DNA from: Dehalococcoidia bacterium
GTDB taxonomy: Bacteria; Chloroflexota; Dehalococcoidia; Lucifugimonadales; UBA3495
NCBI GenBank assembly: GCA_965249065.1
Contig: CBDFLG010000001.1
Location: forward strand, 1,094,646-1,158,645
Reading direction: 5' to 3'
DNA: 64,000 bases
This document shows, in pieces, positions 17,586 to 26,949 of the stretch. The notes under the pieces were generated by a model. That model did no database searches, had not been told where the DNA came from, and was given only the letters and a program-made list of their open reading frames with translations. The position numbers and the translations under genes were made by a program. How positions within the stretch are numbered: the first letter of the stretch is position 1; each line of letters begins with the position of its first letter.

Positions 17586-18839
17586 TCACTTCTGCGCTAG
17601 TAGCCACTCCACGAGCGCGTCCAGGAAGGCGTCGCCGTAGCCGGGGGTGTGGCCGCTGCCCTTGCCGACCCATAGCTCGACGTTGATGCCCTCGTCGCAG
17701 CCTGATTCCAGGCGGTAGGCTTGGGTCTCGGCGCCTGGCACGTATCCGTCGAGGTCCAGGGCCGCGTAAGGCTCCGGCTCCTCGGGCCAGTCGCAGCCGG
17801 CGCGCTCGCCCCAGCGCATCACCATATCCAACGCGCCCGCGTAGTATTCCGGCTCTCCGCCGCCCGCTATCCTTGGCTGGCCATTGTTGCCCTCGAACCA
17901 CACGACTTCATCGGCGTCGCCGTGGATGTGCAGCACCGACACTGGAGCGGCCCCCTCACAGCGGGTGGCGTCCGGGTATCCGGTCCCGGCCAGGCTGGCC
18001 ACGGCCCGCAGCCCCGGCAGGCTTTCGCAGGCCATCCGGTAGGACATAAAGCCGCCGTTGGAGTGTCCGAAGAAATACACCGGCCCCACGTCCAGTATCT
18101 CAGACGATTTCTTCACCAAGCCGGTCAGGTAGGCAACGTCGTCCACGGCTGTCTCGCCAAAATCGCAGCACCAGTCGGTGGCGCTCCAGAAGCGGTTGCC
18201 ATCGGCATCCGCAGTGCCGTTGGGCAGCAGCAACGCGAACCCGTCGCTGTTCACACGCTCGTGCAGGGGCATGTATATGCTGTGACCGGCTGAATTGCCT
18301 CCGAATCCGTGGAGGGAAACGATGAGCGGGACCTTTCCATCAGGCAGCGGGTTAGGCAAGACCAGCACTGAACGGTCTTCTGGTTCTAGATAGTTGGGAT
18401 GGTCAATGTTGTAGACTGCGCCTCCGGACTCTTCCGCCAGCCTTACCGTTCTCTCCAGATCGGTCCCTTCCAACAGGGAAAGACGCTTTTCCAAGCCCTC
18501 GAACACTGCTTGCACTACTGGGAAAAGACCTTCAATCCTGGTGGCGGCTGCTTCCAGTTCATCCAGCCGCTCCTCGTTAAGGGCCTGCGACTCTTCCAGA
18601 GCGGCCAACTGCTTGGGCTCTTCAGCAGCCTCGTCTCGCAGCGCAGCTAGGTCGTTTTCCAGTTTTGTATTCGCCTCTTCCAGGGCGTGAACCGTTGCTT
18701 CCAGTGCCAACACTTTTTTATCGGTGGCGGTATCCGGGTCTTCGCCGCTACACGCTGCCAAGACAATGCAGGCCGCCATAAGACCAAGATACCGCCATAT
18801 TCCGGTTACTGTAACTCCGGGGAATCCGATGTTTTTCAC
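17586..18839 (-). CDS. lipoprotein: N-terminal coiled coil + PHB-depolymerase-family (LpqC-like) esterase
   Basis: Lipobox VLAACSG. Heptad-like region (ALEEANTKLENDLAALRDEA...). Then PLIVSLHGFGGNS...FFGHSNGGFMSYRMACE...LHIHGDAD. Confidence 0.75.
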   Translation of the reverse strand: MKNIGFPGVTVTGIWRYLGLMAACIVLAACSGEDPDTATDKKVLALEATVHALEEANTKLENDLAALRDEAAEEPKQLAALEESQALNEERLDELEAAATRIEGLFPVVQAVFEGLEKRLSLLEGTDLERTVRLAEESGGAVYNIDHPNYLEPEDRSVLVLPNPLPDGKVPLIVSLHGFGGNSAGHSIYMPLHERVNSDGFALLLPNGTADADGNRFWSATDWCCDFGETAVDDVAYLTGLVKKSSEILDVGPVYFFGHSNGGFMSYRMACESLPGLRAVASLAGTGYPDATRCEGAAPVSVLHIHGDADEVVWFEGNNGQPRIAGGGEPEYYAGALDMVMRWGERAGCDWPEEPEPYAALDLDGYVPGAETQAYRLESGCDEGINVELWVGKGSGHTPGYGDAFLDALVEWLLAQK

Positions 18840-18842
18840 CTG

Positions 18843-19628
18843 CTAAGCCAAGAACTCCAGAGCCGCCTTGAGGAACTCATCGGGCTTTTCCACCTGGGGT
18901 GAGTGGCCGCAGTTATCAATTACCACCAGGTCGGAGCCGGGGATGGCCTGCTGGTAGATGCTGCCGCACTCCACGGGGACGATGCGGTCCTGGCGTCCCC
19001 AGACCATGCGGGTGGGAGCCTTGACCCGCTGCAACAGGCCGCCCGCCAGGCGCGGGTCGTACATATAGGGCTTCCAGGTGAGGCGCACCGCCATCTCGCG
19101 GTTCAGGTCGGAGGTTAGCTGCTCTTCCGGCGAAAGTTCCCGGCCATAGGTGGCGTCGTAGTCCGGCACCTGGCTGGTGTCATGGAACTGCAATTCCAGC
19201 ACTTGGGCCGGGCTGATGATGAAAATGTCGGCGATTTCGCCCTCGCGAGGCTTCACGCCGGCGGCGCCCACCAGCATCAGCTTGCCGATGGCGTTGGAGC
19301 AGGTGGCCACGATTTCGGCGGCAATCCAGCCGCCCATAGAGAAGCCGATGGCGCGGATGCCTTCCAGTCCCAGGGTGTCCAGATACCAGGTATAGAACGC
19401 GGCCATGTCGGGGATGCTTTCCAGCCAGTCGGGCCGGTTGGACTGCCCATAGCCGGGATGTGACGGGAAGTAGACGGTGTACTTTTCGGCCAGAGCGTCA
19501 ACATAGCGGAGCCAGCCGCTGTTGCCCCCGGCGCCGTGCAGCAGCAGCAGCGGGTCGCCGCTGCCGCCCTTCAGCGTATGGACTTTGGACCCGCCAACTT
19601 CAACAATTTCTTCAGTGAACGCGGGCAT
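18843..19628 (-). CDS. alpha/beta-fold hydrolase (meta-cleavage-product hydrolase-like)
   Basis: PLLLLHGAGGNSGW...GFSMGGW nucleophile elbow...IDNCGHSPQVE. Confidence 0.8.
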   Translation of the reverse strand: MPAFTEEIVEVGGSKVHTLKGGSGDPLLLLHGAGGNSGWLRYVDALAEKYTVYFPSHPGYGQSNRPDWLESIPDMAAFYTWYLDTLGLEGIRAIGFSMGGWIAAEIVATCSNAIGKLMLVGAAGVKPREGEIADIFIISPAQVLELQFHDTSQVPDYDATYGRELSPEEQLTSDLNREMAVRLTWKPYMYDPRLAGGLLQRVKAPTRMVWGRQDRIVPVECGSIYQQAIPGSDLVVIDNCGHSPQVEKPDEFLKAALEFLA

Positions 19629-19672
19629 ATCTGCTCTCCTTTTTACTTTTCAACCCATATCAGGCCAGTGCA

Positions 19673-19694
19673 GGGACGCACGACTGTGCGCCCC
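19673..19694. repeat. REP-A hairpin copy
   Basis: gggacgcac-gact-gtgcgcccc, between 19628 and 19717. Confidence 0.65.
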
Positions 19695-19716
19695 GACGGG
19701 TCTGTTGCTTTGCTTT

Positions 19717-20934
19717 CTATGATTGCTGGGCCTTCTGGAACGGGTCGGTCAGCTCCAGTTCCTCGCCGATTTCGCGGAGGGCGGGCAGGACTTCCTGGCC
19801 CATCAGCTCTAGGCAGCGCATGGTGTCGGCGTGGGTGGTGTCGCCGTCGTTGGTCCAGACGCCGAGGATGCCGGGACGCAACTGCCCCAGCACGTCGCGC
19901 AGCTTGCGAACCACGGTCTCCGGGCTGCCGACAACCCAGCGGTTGGACGCCAGAATCTCGTCGTAGGAGGCTGTTTCCAGACCCAGGCCCAAGAAGGGAT
20001 CCTTGCGGACGCGGCCCTGGTAGCGCGCGACGCGGGGGTCCTTGACGCTGCCGCTGTAGCCGATGGGCATCATGTAGTCGCGGGGCATCGGCACACGGCC
20101 CACACCGACGTTGCCGGTCAGGAAGCCTTTGGCCGACTCATACGCCTTTTCGTCGGTGTCCTGCACGTGGATCCGGCACAGGTAGCCGAAATTCTCCGGG
20201 CCGGGTTCGTAGCCGTTTTCGCGGGCCGTCTCGGTGTAGATGGTCATCATGTCCTGGGTGCCTTGCGGGTCGGTTTCCAGGTAGATGTAGGGATAACGGC
20301 GCTCAGCGGCCCAGACCAGCGTCTCCGGGCTGCCCAGACCGGGAATCCAGACCGGCGGATGCGGCTGCTGGATCGGCCGCTCGAAGGGGTTGACCACTCG
20401 GAATTGGTAGTGCTTGCCCTCCCAGCGGAAGGGGCCGGGGGTGGTCCAGGTCTTGATGAGCAGGTCGTGGGCCTCCTCGAACCGCTCGCGGTTGAACAGC
20501 GGGTTGACGTTGGCCGCCAGGCTCTCCACGCCGGTGCCGCGCACGAACCCGGACACGAGGCGTCCGCCGGAAATCATGTCAATCTCCGCCAGTTCTTCGG
20601 CTAGGCGCAGAGGGTTGTCGAACACGGGCAGCGGGTTGCCCAGCAGCACGATTTTGGGCTTTTTGGTGTTGCGGGCGAGGATGGCGGCCTCCAGGTTCAT
20701 GGTGGCGCCCAGGCAGGTGGGCGTGTTGTGATGCTCGTTGAGCATCAGCCCATCGAACCCGGCTTCTTCGCAGTATTCGTACTCGTCCAGGTATTCGTTG
20801 TACTGCCGCGAGCCGACCATCGGGTCGAAGTTGCTGTTGGAGAAAGTCAGCCGCACCGCCTGGTTGAGGCTGTTGCGAACATCCTCCTCGGTGTAGTTGG
20901 TATACGCCCGCTCGGTGAATCGCATCAGGAACAT
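19717..20934 (-). CDS. LLM-class flavin-dependent monooxygenase
   Basis: FDGLMLNEHHNTPTCL...TWTTPGPFRWEGKHY...QQPHPPVWIPG. Paralog of 15483-16610. Confidence 0.85.
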   Translation of the reverse strand: MFLMRFTERAYTNYTEEDVRNSLNQAVRLTFSNSNFDPMVGSRQYNEYLDEYEYCEEAGFDGLMLNEHHNTPTCLGATMNLEAAILARNTKKPKIVLLGNPLPVFDNPLRLAEELAEIDMISGGRLVSGFVRGTGVESLAANVNPLFNRERFEEAHDLLIKTWTTPGPFRWEGKHYQFRVVNPFERPIQQPHPPVWIPGLGSPETLVWAAERRYPYIYLETDPQGTQDMMTIYTETARENGYEPGPENFGYLCRIHVQDTDEKAYESAKGFLTGNVGVGRVPMPRDYMMPIGYSGSVKDPRVARYQGRVRKDPFLGLGLETASYDEILASNRWVVGSPETVVRKLRDVLGQLRPGILGVWTNDGDTTHADTMRCLELMGQEVLPALREIGEELELTDPFQKAQQS

Positions 20935-20967
20935 TGCTTCGTCTCCTATGTTTGTCTCACAATTTGC

Positions 20968-21390
20968 CTAGTAGTTGCCAATCCAGCGAACACGCGGGTA
21001 AGAATTACGCGCCGCCCGGTAGAATGGCTGGTCGGCGGTCCAAAAATCGCAGTCTAGCGATTCCGCAAGAGCAAGATATTGGGAATCGTAAGCCAGCCGT
21101 TGATTGAGTTCCACCGTCAAGTCAATGGCCCGGTTGTGTAATAGCCGGGATGGGCGAAGGTCAATGCCGGACTCGTACAGCTCTGTTATCAGACGTTTGA
21201 CGCCGTCACTAGTGAGTATCCGCTCAGGTATCTTCTTGCGAAGAGCAGTAGCAAATTCGGCTGGCATAAAATCAGGAGCTGCCAGTTGGATTCCCGCTGC
21301 TTCCCAGGAGTGGACGAGGACTCTGGCTTCAGCAGTGTATGCCTCTTCGACCACTACTTTGACCGCCAGGCTTGCGTCAATTATCACCAT
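20968..21390 (-). CDS. vapC: PIN-domain toxin VapC
   Basis: MVIIDASLAV...LAYDSQYLALAE...FWTAD, the PIN acidic residues pattern. Overlaps the upstream antitoxin by 14 nt. Confidence 0.75.
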   Translation of the reverse strand: MVIIDASLAVKVVVEEAYTAEARVLVHSWEAAGIQLAAPDFMPAEFATALRKKIPERILTSDGVKRLITELYESGIDLRPSRLLHNRAIDLTVELNQRLAYDSQYLALAESLDCDFWTADQPFYRAARNSYPRVRWIGNY

Positions 21391-21664
21391 GACCTCCCAT
21401 GTCCTGGTGCCGCTCTTCCCGCGCCTCGCGGATCAGGTCTGCGGAGTCGGTAGCGCTTTTGCGCCCTTGCAGTATCTCATTGCTCAGGGCAATCATACCT
21501 TTGGCTGAAAACTTTCGGGGAGGCGCTTCGCTGTTCAGTTCCTTGCCGATGGCCTCGCAGCAATACTGCTCCACTGAGACTCCCTTGCGGGCGGCAGTGG
21601 TCTTTAATTTTTGTTCCGTCTCTGAATCTAGGACGATGCTAACACGCTTGCTTTCGTCGCTCAT
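21377..21664 (-). CDS. vapB: ribbon-helix-helix antitoxin (VapB/CopG-like)
   Basis: Start trimmed to MSDESKRVSIVLDSETEQKLKTTAARKGVSVEQYCCEAI (beta-strand + two helices). Confidence 0.65.
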   Translation of the reverse strand: MSDESKRVSIVLDSETEQKLKTTAARKGVSVEQYCCEAIGKELNSEAPPRKFSAKGMIALSNEILQGRKSATDSADLIREAREERHQDMGGHGDN

Positions 21665-21897
21665 CGCTGCTCCGGCGGGAGGTCGAATCGTACCTGGGGC
21701 GCAACCTATCCTACCCGTGCGCCCTGCAAGGGTCAAGGAACGCCGCCTGTGACACCGGGTGCCTTCAATCGTCGCGAAAAGGCCCCTCCCCAGAGGGTGA
21801 GGCGTCCCCCGCGTTTTAGTGAGTACCCTGAGTGCGTGTTAGCATACAGTTGCGTCACGCCGTTGCTTCCCGCCACGGGCAGGCACAAAGCGAAACA

Positions 21898-22464
21898 ATG
21901 CCGGAGAGTGCAAAATGTCCCAATGTTTGCGACTTGTTCTGCTCTGTCCTTGCGCTGATTCTATTAGGCTCGCTCCTGTTCGCCGCCTGCGGCGGGGGCG
22001 AGGAGGGGACGCGCCAGCTTGGTAGTACCACGACTGCAACCGCCACTGCCGCGCCCGAAACAGCTCCGGCTCGCCGGCCCGAGCGCACCCCGCCCGAGGA
22101 AAGGGTTACACCCACTCCCAAGGGCGCACCCCCACTGGCGATGACCTCGCCCGAAACTGACAGAGAAGCGATGGTTGCCCTCTACAATTCCACTAACGGC
22201 CCGAATTGGCGTTACAGCGCTAACTGGCTGAGCGACGCGCCAGTTAGCGAATGGTACGGCGTAACCACCGACAACAACGGCCGTGTCATTGAACTGCGCC
22301 TTAACGAGAATCAGTTGAGCGGGGAGATACCGCCGGAGTTGGGCAACCTCGCCAACCTGACACGGCTGGACCTCGGCGGGAACGAGTTGAGTGGGTGTGT
22401 ACCAACCAGTCGGCTAGGTCAGTTGAGTAGCGATTCCGATCTCGGGGGCTTGCCAACCTGCTAA
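21898..22464 (+). CDS. leucine-rich-repeat lipoprotein
   Basis: Signal/lipobox LLFAACGG, a Pro/Thr linker, then ALYNSTNGPNWRYSANWLSDAPVSEWYGVTTD...LRLNENQLSGEIPPELGNLANLTRLDLGGNELSGCVP (plant-type LRR with N-cap). Confidence 0.7.
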   Translation: MPESAKCPNVCDLFCSVLALILLGSLLFAACGGGEEGTRQLGSTTTATATAAPETAPARRPERTPPEERVTPTPKGAPPLAMTSPETDREAMVALYNSTNGPNWRYSANWLSDAPVSEWYGVTTDNNGRVIELRLNENQLSGEIPPELGNLANLTRLDLGGNELSGCVPTSRLGQLSSDSDLGGLPTC

Positions 22465-22545
22465 GGCTGATGGACTTGTGGATGTCCTCGTATTCCCTTT
22501 ACGCCCGGTAGTTGGACGACTATGCGGCGCCAGGGCCTTTTGATT

Positions 22546-22572
22546 CTCCCTCTCCCAGAGAGATAGGGGACT
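22546..22572. repeat. REP-C-related CT/GA-block motif
   Basis: tctccctctcccagagagatagggga upstream of serA, related to the copies at 32690 and 46877. Confidence 0.45.
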
Positions 22573-22718
22573 TTCTGCGGCCTGCCTGTGGCGCGGGGCG
22601 CAGACACGGCGGGCCGGAGTCGTGTGCTATATTGGAAAGCATAAACAGGCTGACGCGCCGACGGGGGCTGCTCAGGCCCTCCGGCGCCATCCCACAAACA
22701 ACGTAGAGGTATCCGCCT

Positions 22719-24302
22719 ATGCCCAGAGTTTTAGTTTCTGATCCTATCGGCCCCGAGGGGATTTCCCTCCTGCAAACCGGCGCCGAGGTAGACGTAAAGA
22801 CGGGTATGAAGCCCGCCGAACTGCTTGATGCCGTGGGAGGCTATGAGGCCCTGGTGGTGCGCAGCGAGACCAAGGTCAACCGGGAGGTAATCGAAGCAGG
22901 CAAGAAATTGCAGGTAATCGCCCGCGCTGGCATCGGTGTGGACAACATTGACCTTGAAGCCGCCACCGGCGCCGGCATCGCCGTGGTCAACGCCCCCACC
23001 GGCAACACCGTCGCCGCCGCCGAGCATACCATCGCCCTGATGCTGGCCCTCTCCCGCAACATCCCCGGCGCTCATCACTCCTTGCAGTCCGGCGAGTGGC
23101 GGCGCAGCGCCTTCATGGGCATCGAGGTGCGTGACAAGACCCTGGGCATCTGCGGCCTAGGACGGGTCGGCACCGAGGTTGCCCGCCGCGCCCAAGCTTT
23201 CGGGATGCGGCTGGTGGGCTACGACCCCTTCGTTGCTCCCGAGTACGCCCGGCGCATCGGGGTGGAACTGCTGCCGCTGGACAAACTGCTGGCGGAGTCC
23301 GACTTCGTTACCCTGCATACGTCGCTGACCGAAGGCACCCGGAATATGCTGGGGATGCGGCAGATTGAGAACATCAAGCCCGGCGCCCGCATTATCAACG
23401 TGGCCCGCGGCGAGCTGGTGGACGAGGCCGCGCTGCTGGCCGGGCTGGAGTCAGGCCAACTGAGCGGCGTGGCGCTGGACGTGTTCGCCCAAGAACCGCC
23501 GCCGGCCGGCCCGCTGATCGAGCATCCCAAGGCCATCGTCACGCCCCACCTGGGCGCATCCACGCGGGAGGCGCAGCGCGAAGTCGCCATCGAGGCGGCG
23601 GAGCAGGTGCTGGCAGTGCTCAAGGGCGAACCGGCCCGCAACACTGTCAACGCCCCCTTCGTCGCTCCCGAGGTCCACGAGGTGCTGGCCCCCTACGTTC
23701 CGGCGGCCTCGATGGTGGGCAAACTGCTGGGATTCCTCTCCGAGGGACAGGTCACCGGCATCGCAATCAGCTACGAAGGGGAAATCGCCCACCACGACAC
23801 GCGGATGCTTCAGGCGGCAGTTCTGGCCGGGCTGCTGGGGCCGGTCAGCACGGTCAACGTCAACCTGATTAACGCCCCGGTGCTGGCCCGGGAGCGCGGT
23901 TGGAGCGTTACCGACCAGAGCAACCGGGTCTCGCGGGAATACGCCAGCCTCATTTCGGCGACTCTGCATACCGCCAACGGCAGCCTGACCATCGCCGCCA
24001 CCTCCATGCGCAACGAGACCCACATCGTCAAGTTCAACGACTACTGGATGGACATCGTACCCAACACCCCCTATCTGCTGTTCGTGGACAACCGGGACCA
24101 ACCGGGGTCCATCGGCGCGGTAGGCACCATCGCCGGCCGCCACAACATCAACATCAGCTTCATGGGCGTGGGCCGCATCCAACTACGGGGCCAGGCCATG
24201 ATGGTCATCGGCTTGGACGACCCGGTGCCGCCCCATGCTATGGAGGAAATCAGGGCGCTGTCCCACATCGAAAGCGCCCGGCTGGCCACCCTGAACGGAT
24301 AG
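22719..24302 (+). CDS. serA: D-3-phosphoglycerate dehydrogenase
   Basis: 527 aa. LVVRSETKV...ARAGIGVDNIDLEAATGAGIAVVNAP...GLGRVG...VARGELVDE...TPHLGAST, plus a C-terminal ASB/ACT-type extension. Confidence 0.9.
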   Translation: MPRVLVSDPIGPEGISLLQTGAEVDVKTGMKPAELLDAVGGYEALVVRSETKVNREVIEAGKKLQVIARAGIGVDNIDLEAATGAGIAVVNAPTGNTVAAAEHTIALMLALSRNIPGAHHSLQSGEWRRSAFMGIEVRDKTLGICGLGRVGTEVARRAQAFGMRLVGYDPFVAPEYARRIGVELLPLDKLLAESDFVTLHTSLTEGTRNMLGMRQIENIKPGARIINVARGELVDEAALLAGLESGQLSGVALDVFAQEPPPAGPLIEHPKAIVTPHLGASTREAQREVAIEAAEQVLAVLKGEPARNTVNAPFVAPEVHEVLAPYVPAASMVGKLLGFLSEGQVTGIAISYEGEIAHHDTRMLQAAVLAGLLGPVSTVNVNLINAPVLARERGWSVTDQSNRVSREYASLISATLHTANGSLTIAATSMRNETHIVKFNDYWMDIVPNTPYLLFVDNRDQPGSIGAVGTIAGRHNINISFMGVGRIQLRGQAMMVIGLDDPVPPHAMEEIRALSHIESARLATLNG

Positions 24303-24308
24303 TGCCGT

Positions 24309-24329
24309 GGGGGCCCACTGCCGTGCGCC
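24309..24329. repeat. REP-A hairpin, degenerate copy
   Basis: gggggcccac-tgcc-gtgcgcc directly after the serA stop. Confidence 0.5.
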
Positions 24330-24370
24330 GTGTCCAGTTGGTTCCGGCGGCATACACATTATCCCAGACC

Positions 24371-24395
24371 GGGGCGCACGGCTGTGCGCCCCTAC
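24371..24395. repeat. REP-A hairpin copy
   Basis: ggggcgcac-ggct-gtgcgcccctac. Confidence 0.8.
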
Positions 24396-24417
24396 AAGAG
24401 ACAGAGGAGGCCTTAGC

Positions 24418-25494
24418 ATGGGCGACAGAATCGGCATTATGGGCGCGGGCGCGCTGGGCAGCTACGTCGGCGCTTTCCTGTCCCGCGAAGGCGAAGACGT
24501 TACCTTTGTAGATATGTGGCCGGATCATGTGGAGAAGATGCGCGCCGACGGACTGCACGTCACCGGCAGTCAGGGGCCCTTCACCGTGCCTCCGGCCGGC
24601 GGCCAAGCTGGAACGGGCATTAAGGCGATGCACCTGACCGACGCGCAGGGCATCAACGAGCCCTTCGACTTCGTATTTATCTCCGTCAAGTCCTACGACA
24701 CCGAATGGGCCACCCACTTCATCCGCCGCTACGTCAAGGATGAGGGCTTCTTCGTGTCGCTGCAAAACTGCTGGAACGACGTGATAATTGGCGGCATCGT
24801 GGGCCAAGAGCGCACCTTGGGCTGCATCGCTTCCCACATCGAAGTAGCCTTGTGGGAGCCGGGCCATGTGACCCGCGGCGGTGCGGTGGGCCGCGACCAT
24901 GGGCATCACGTTTTCCGGGTCGCCGAGCTGGACGGGCGAATTTCGGCGCGGGCCGAGATGGTGGCCGGTCTGCTGGACAACATTGACGGGGCCTACTCCT
25001 CCGACAACCTGTTCGGCGAACGGTGGGCCAAGCTCTGTCAGAACTCCATGGGCAACGCCATATCCGCCGCCTCCGGCTTGGGTTCGCAGCAGATGGCCGA
25101 AGACCCCCGCTGCCGGATGATACGCATCCAGCTATGCAAGGAAGGGGCGCAGGTGGGCCTGGCCATGGGCCTGAACGTGGTGGACATCCAGGGCCTTTCT
25201 GCTCAGACTTGGGCCGACGCCGACAAGGGCGACGTGTTCGAGGAACTGGACGCCTTCATGGCGGCCCGCGGCGGACGGGTCAACTGGCTGGCGTCCATGG
25301 CCCAGGACGCGCACAAGGGACGCCGCTCCGAAATCGACTTTATGAACGGGCTGGTGGCCGACAAGGGCCGCGAGGTGGGTATCCCGACTCCCTTCAACGA
25401 CGCCGTAATCGAGGCGATGCGCGCCGTAGACGCCGGCATCCTCCCCCAAGGCGCAGACCACGTGGACCGCGTAATGCGCGCCACCGGGCGGTAG
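24418..25494 (+). CDS. ketopantoate reductase (ApbA/PanE)-family oxidoreductase
   Basis: Start at the ATG after GAGGAGG. IGIMGAGALGSYVGAFLSREGEDVTFVD Rossmann motif; C-terminal ApbA_C-like region. The upstream 37 codons of the tracked ORF run through REP-A and are rejected. Confidence 0.7.
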   Translation: MGDRIGIMGAGALGSYVGAFLSREGEDVTFVDMWPDHVEKMRADGLHVTGSQGPFTVPPAGGQAGTGIKAMHLTDAQGINEPFDFVFISVKSYDTEWATHFIRRYVKDEGFFVSLQNCWNDVIIGGIVGQERTLGCIASHIEVALWEPGHVTRGGAVGRDHGHHVFRVAELDGRISARAEMVAGLLDNIDGAYSSDNLFGERWAKLCQNSMGNAISAASGLGSQQMAEDPRCRMIRIQLCKEGAQVGLAMGLNVVDIQGLSAQTWADADKGDVFEELDAFMAARGGRVNWLASMAQDAHKGRRSEIDFMNGLVADKGREVGIPTPFNDAVIEAMRAVDAGILPQGADHVDRVMRATGR

Positions 25495-25552
25495 TCGGGG
25501 AAGCGAGCAGATGGAAGGGGAGCCGCCGACGGGTCTGTATCCAAGAACCGTG

Positions 25553-26177
25553 TTACCACCCCGGCGGCTTGGTGAACTCGCTGGCGGCGTCCTGCATCCG
25601 GTCGGGGAACTGGCTGGCGCTGAGGGGGCCGCGGCGGATGGGGCGGTAGAAGTCGGCAACTCCCGCTAAAGTCCGGCTGCGGTTCGGATGCGGGTTCAGT
25701 ATTCCGACGGTCATGCCAAATCGTTCACGCACAATACGCATCGGAGTAGCCAAGTCGGAGTCGTTCGAAATCACTACCGCCGCATCACCCTCGCCATCGA
25801 AGGCGTCCAACAGTAAGTAGCTGGCCAAGTTGACGTCGGTGCCTTTTTCCTCGGCTCTGCTAACAACTACGGTCTCCGGCTCGCCCGGCGACGGGTTTGC
25901 CACTCGCATGACAACGTTCCTGCGGAGAAAGAAGCCGTAATGAATGGAGAGGTTCGGGGATGGTGCGAAGCGCCCGGAGGTACATTAGATGGTGTTGATG
26001 CCGTTGTGGATTATCGTCTTTGGAGTCTGCCAAGGCAGTAAAATATCTGATATTCTTTATTTGATAAGCTGGGAGAATAATAGAACAGAGTTTGGCTATG
26101 TCGAGCCAGCGATAAGGCGTTCCTCTTAAACACCCGAAATAAAGGTTGAAGCCGTCGACATATATGTTCGTAATCAC
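25553..26177 (-). pseudogene. NYN-domain (LabA-like, PIN-related) protein, frameshifted
   Basis: The N-terminal part MITNIYVDGFNLYFG...YFTA...YLRALRTIP is in one frame. LSIHYGFFLRRNVVMRVANP...EEKGTDVNLASYLLLDAF...VVISNDSDL continues in another. The switch maps to the GGGG run at 25956-25959. Strongly AT-richer than the flanks. Confidence 0.7.
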
Positions 26178-26332
26178 AGTGGGCCTAAAGAGGCAGTAAA
26201 AAGCTGAAGCCGCCCGAAGGCGGCCTCGCGCCCCGGTCGCCGAAGCTACTAGGGGGGGGTAACAATCCTACCTTAACACCACGCCAGGCGGCTGTCAATA
26301 ATAACGGTTATCAGGAAAACAGGAGGGCAGCT

Positions 26333-26794
26333 ATGTTCATCAAGGTAGAGCCTGCCGAGTTCTTTATGTACCGGGTCATCCTGGTTTTTGACCTGGAAAG
26401 CCCGAACTCCGAGGACCAGGAAGTCCGCGACTATATGACCGAGTGGGAGCTGGAACCCAAATACCAGCGCACCGGCGATTTCGAGGGTAGCAACAGCGAT
26501 ATAATGCAGTTCGGCGGCTGCTACTTGGGCAGGCACTTGGGCAAGATGTCGGAAATACAGCGCAGCCACGTGGAACGGGAACTGATTACCGCCGAGATTG
26601 GCCGGCTGCTGGATGACGCCGGCGACCCTGTCGCCGTTCCCGACGCCCGGCGGGAGGAGACCTTGCGGCAGTTGACGCAGACCTTCCATCAGCCTGAAGT
26701 CTTCCAGCCCAACGAGGAGGGTCTGCTGGAAGCCGTGCTGGATGCCTTGGCCGTTCGCCAAGCGGCCCGTGAGCTTCTGGCTATCCCCGGCTAG
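26333..26794 (+). CDS. hypothetical protein, no recognisable family
   Basis: 153-aa ORF with AGGAGG 7 nt upstream of the ATG. Divergent from the NYN gene. Confidence 0.55.
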   Translation: MFIKVEPAEFFMYRVILVFDLESPNSEDQEVRDYMTEWELEPKYQRTGDFEGSNSDIMQFGGCYLGRHLGKMSEIQRSHVERELITAEIGRLLDDAGDPVAVPDARREETLRQLTQTFHQPEVFQPNEEGLLEAVLDALAVRQAARELLAIPG

Positions 26795-26949
26795 GCCCCT
26801 CCGAAACGCTTACCCTCGCTTTCCCTGATGTTACTGGCGTCACACGAAAGGCCCCGGCGTTGCATACGCCGGAGCCTTTCCCCGATGTTCTGTTTGTGCC
26901 ATGCCGCCCAAAAGGCTGGGCTGGGGAAATGGAGCAGTGGCCGAGAGGG

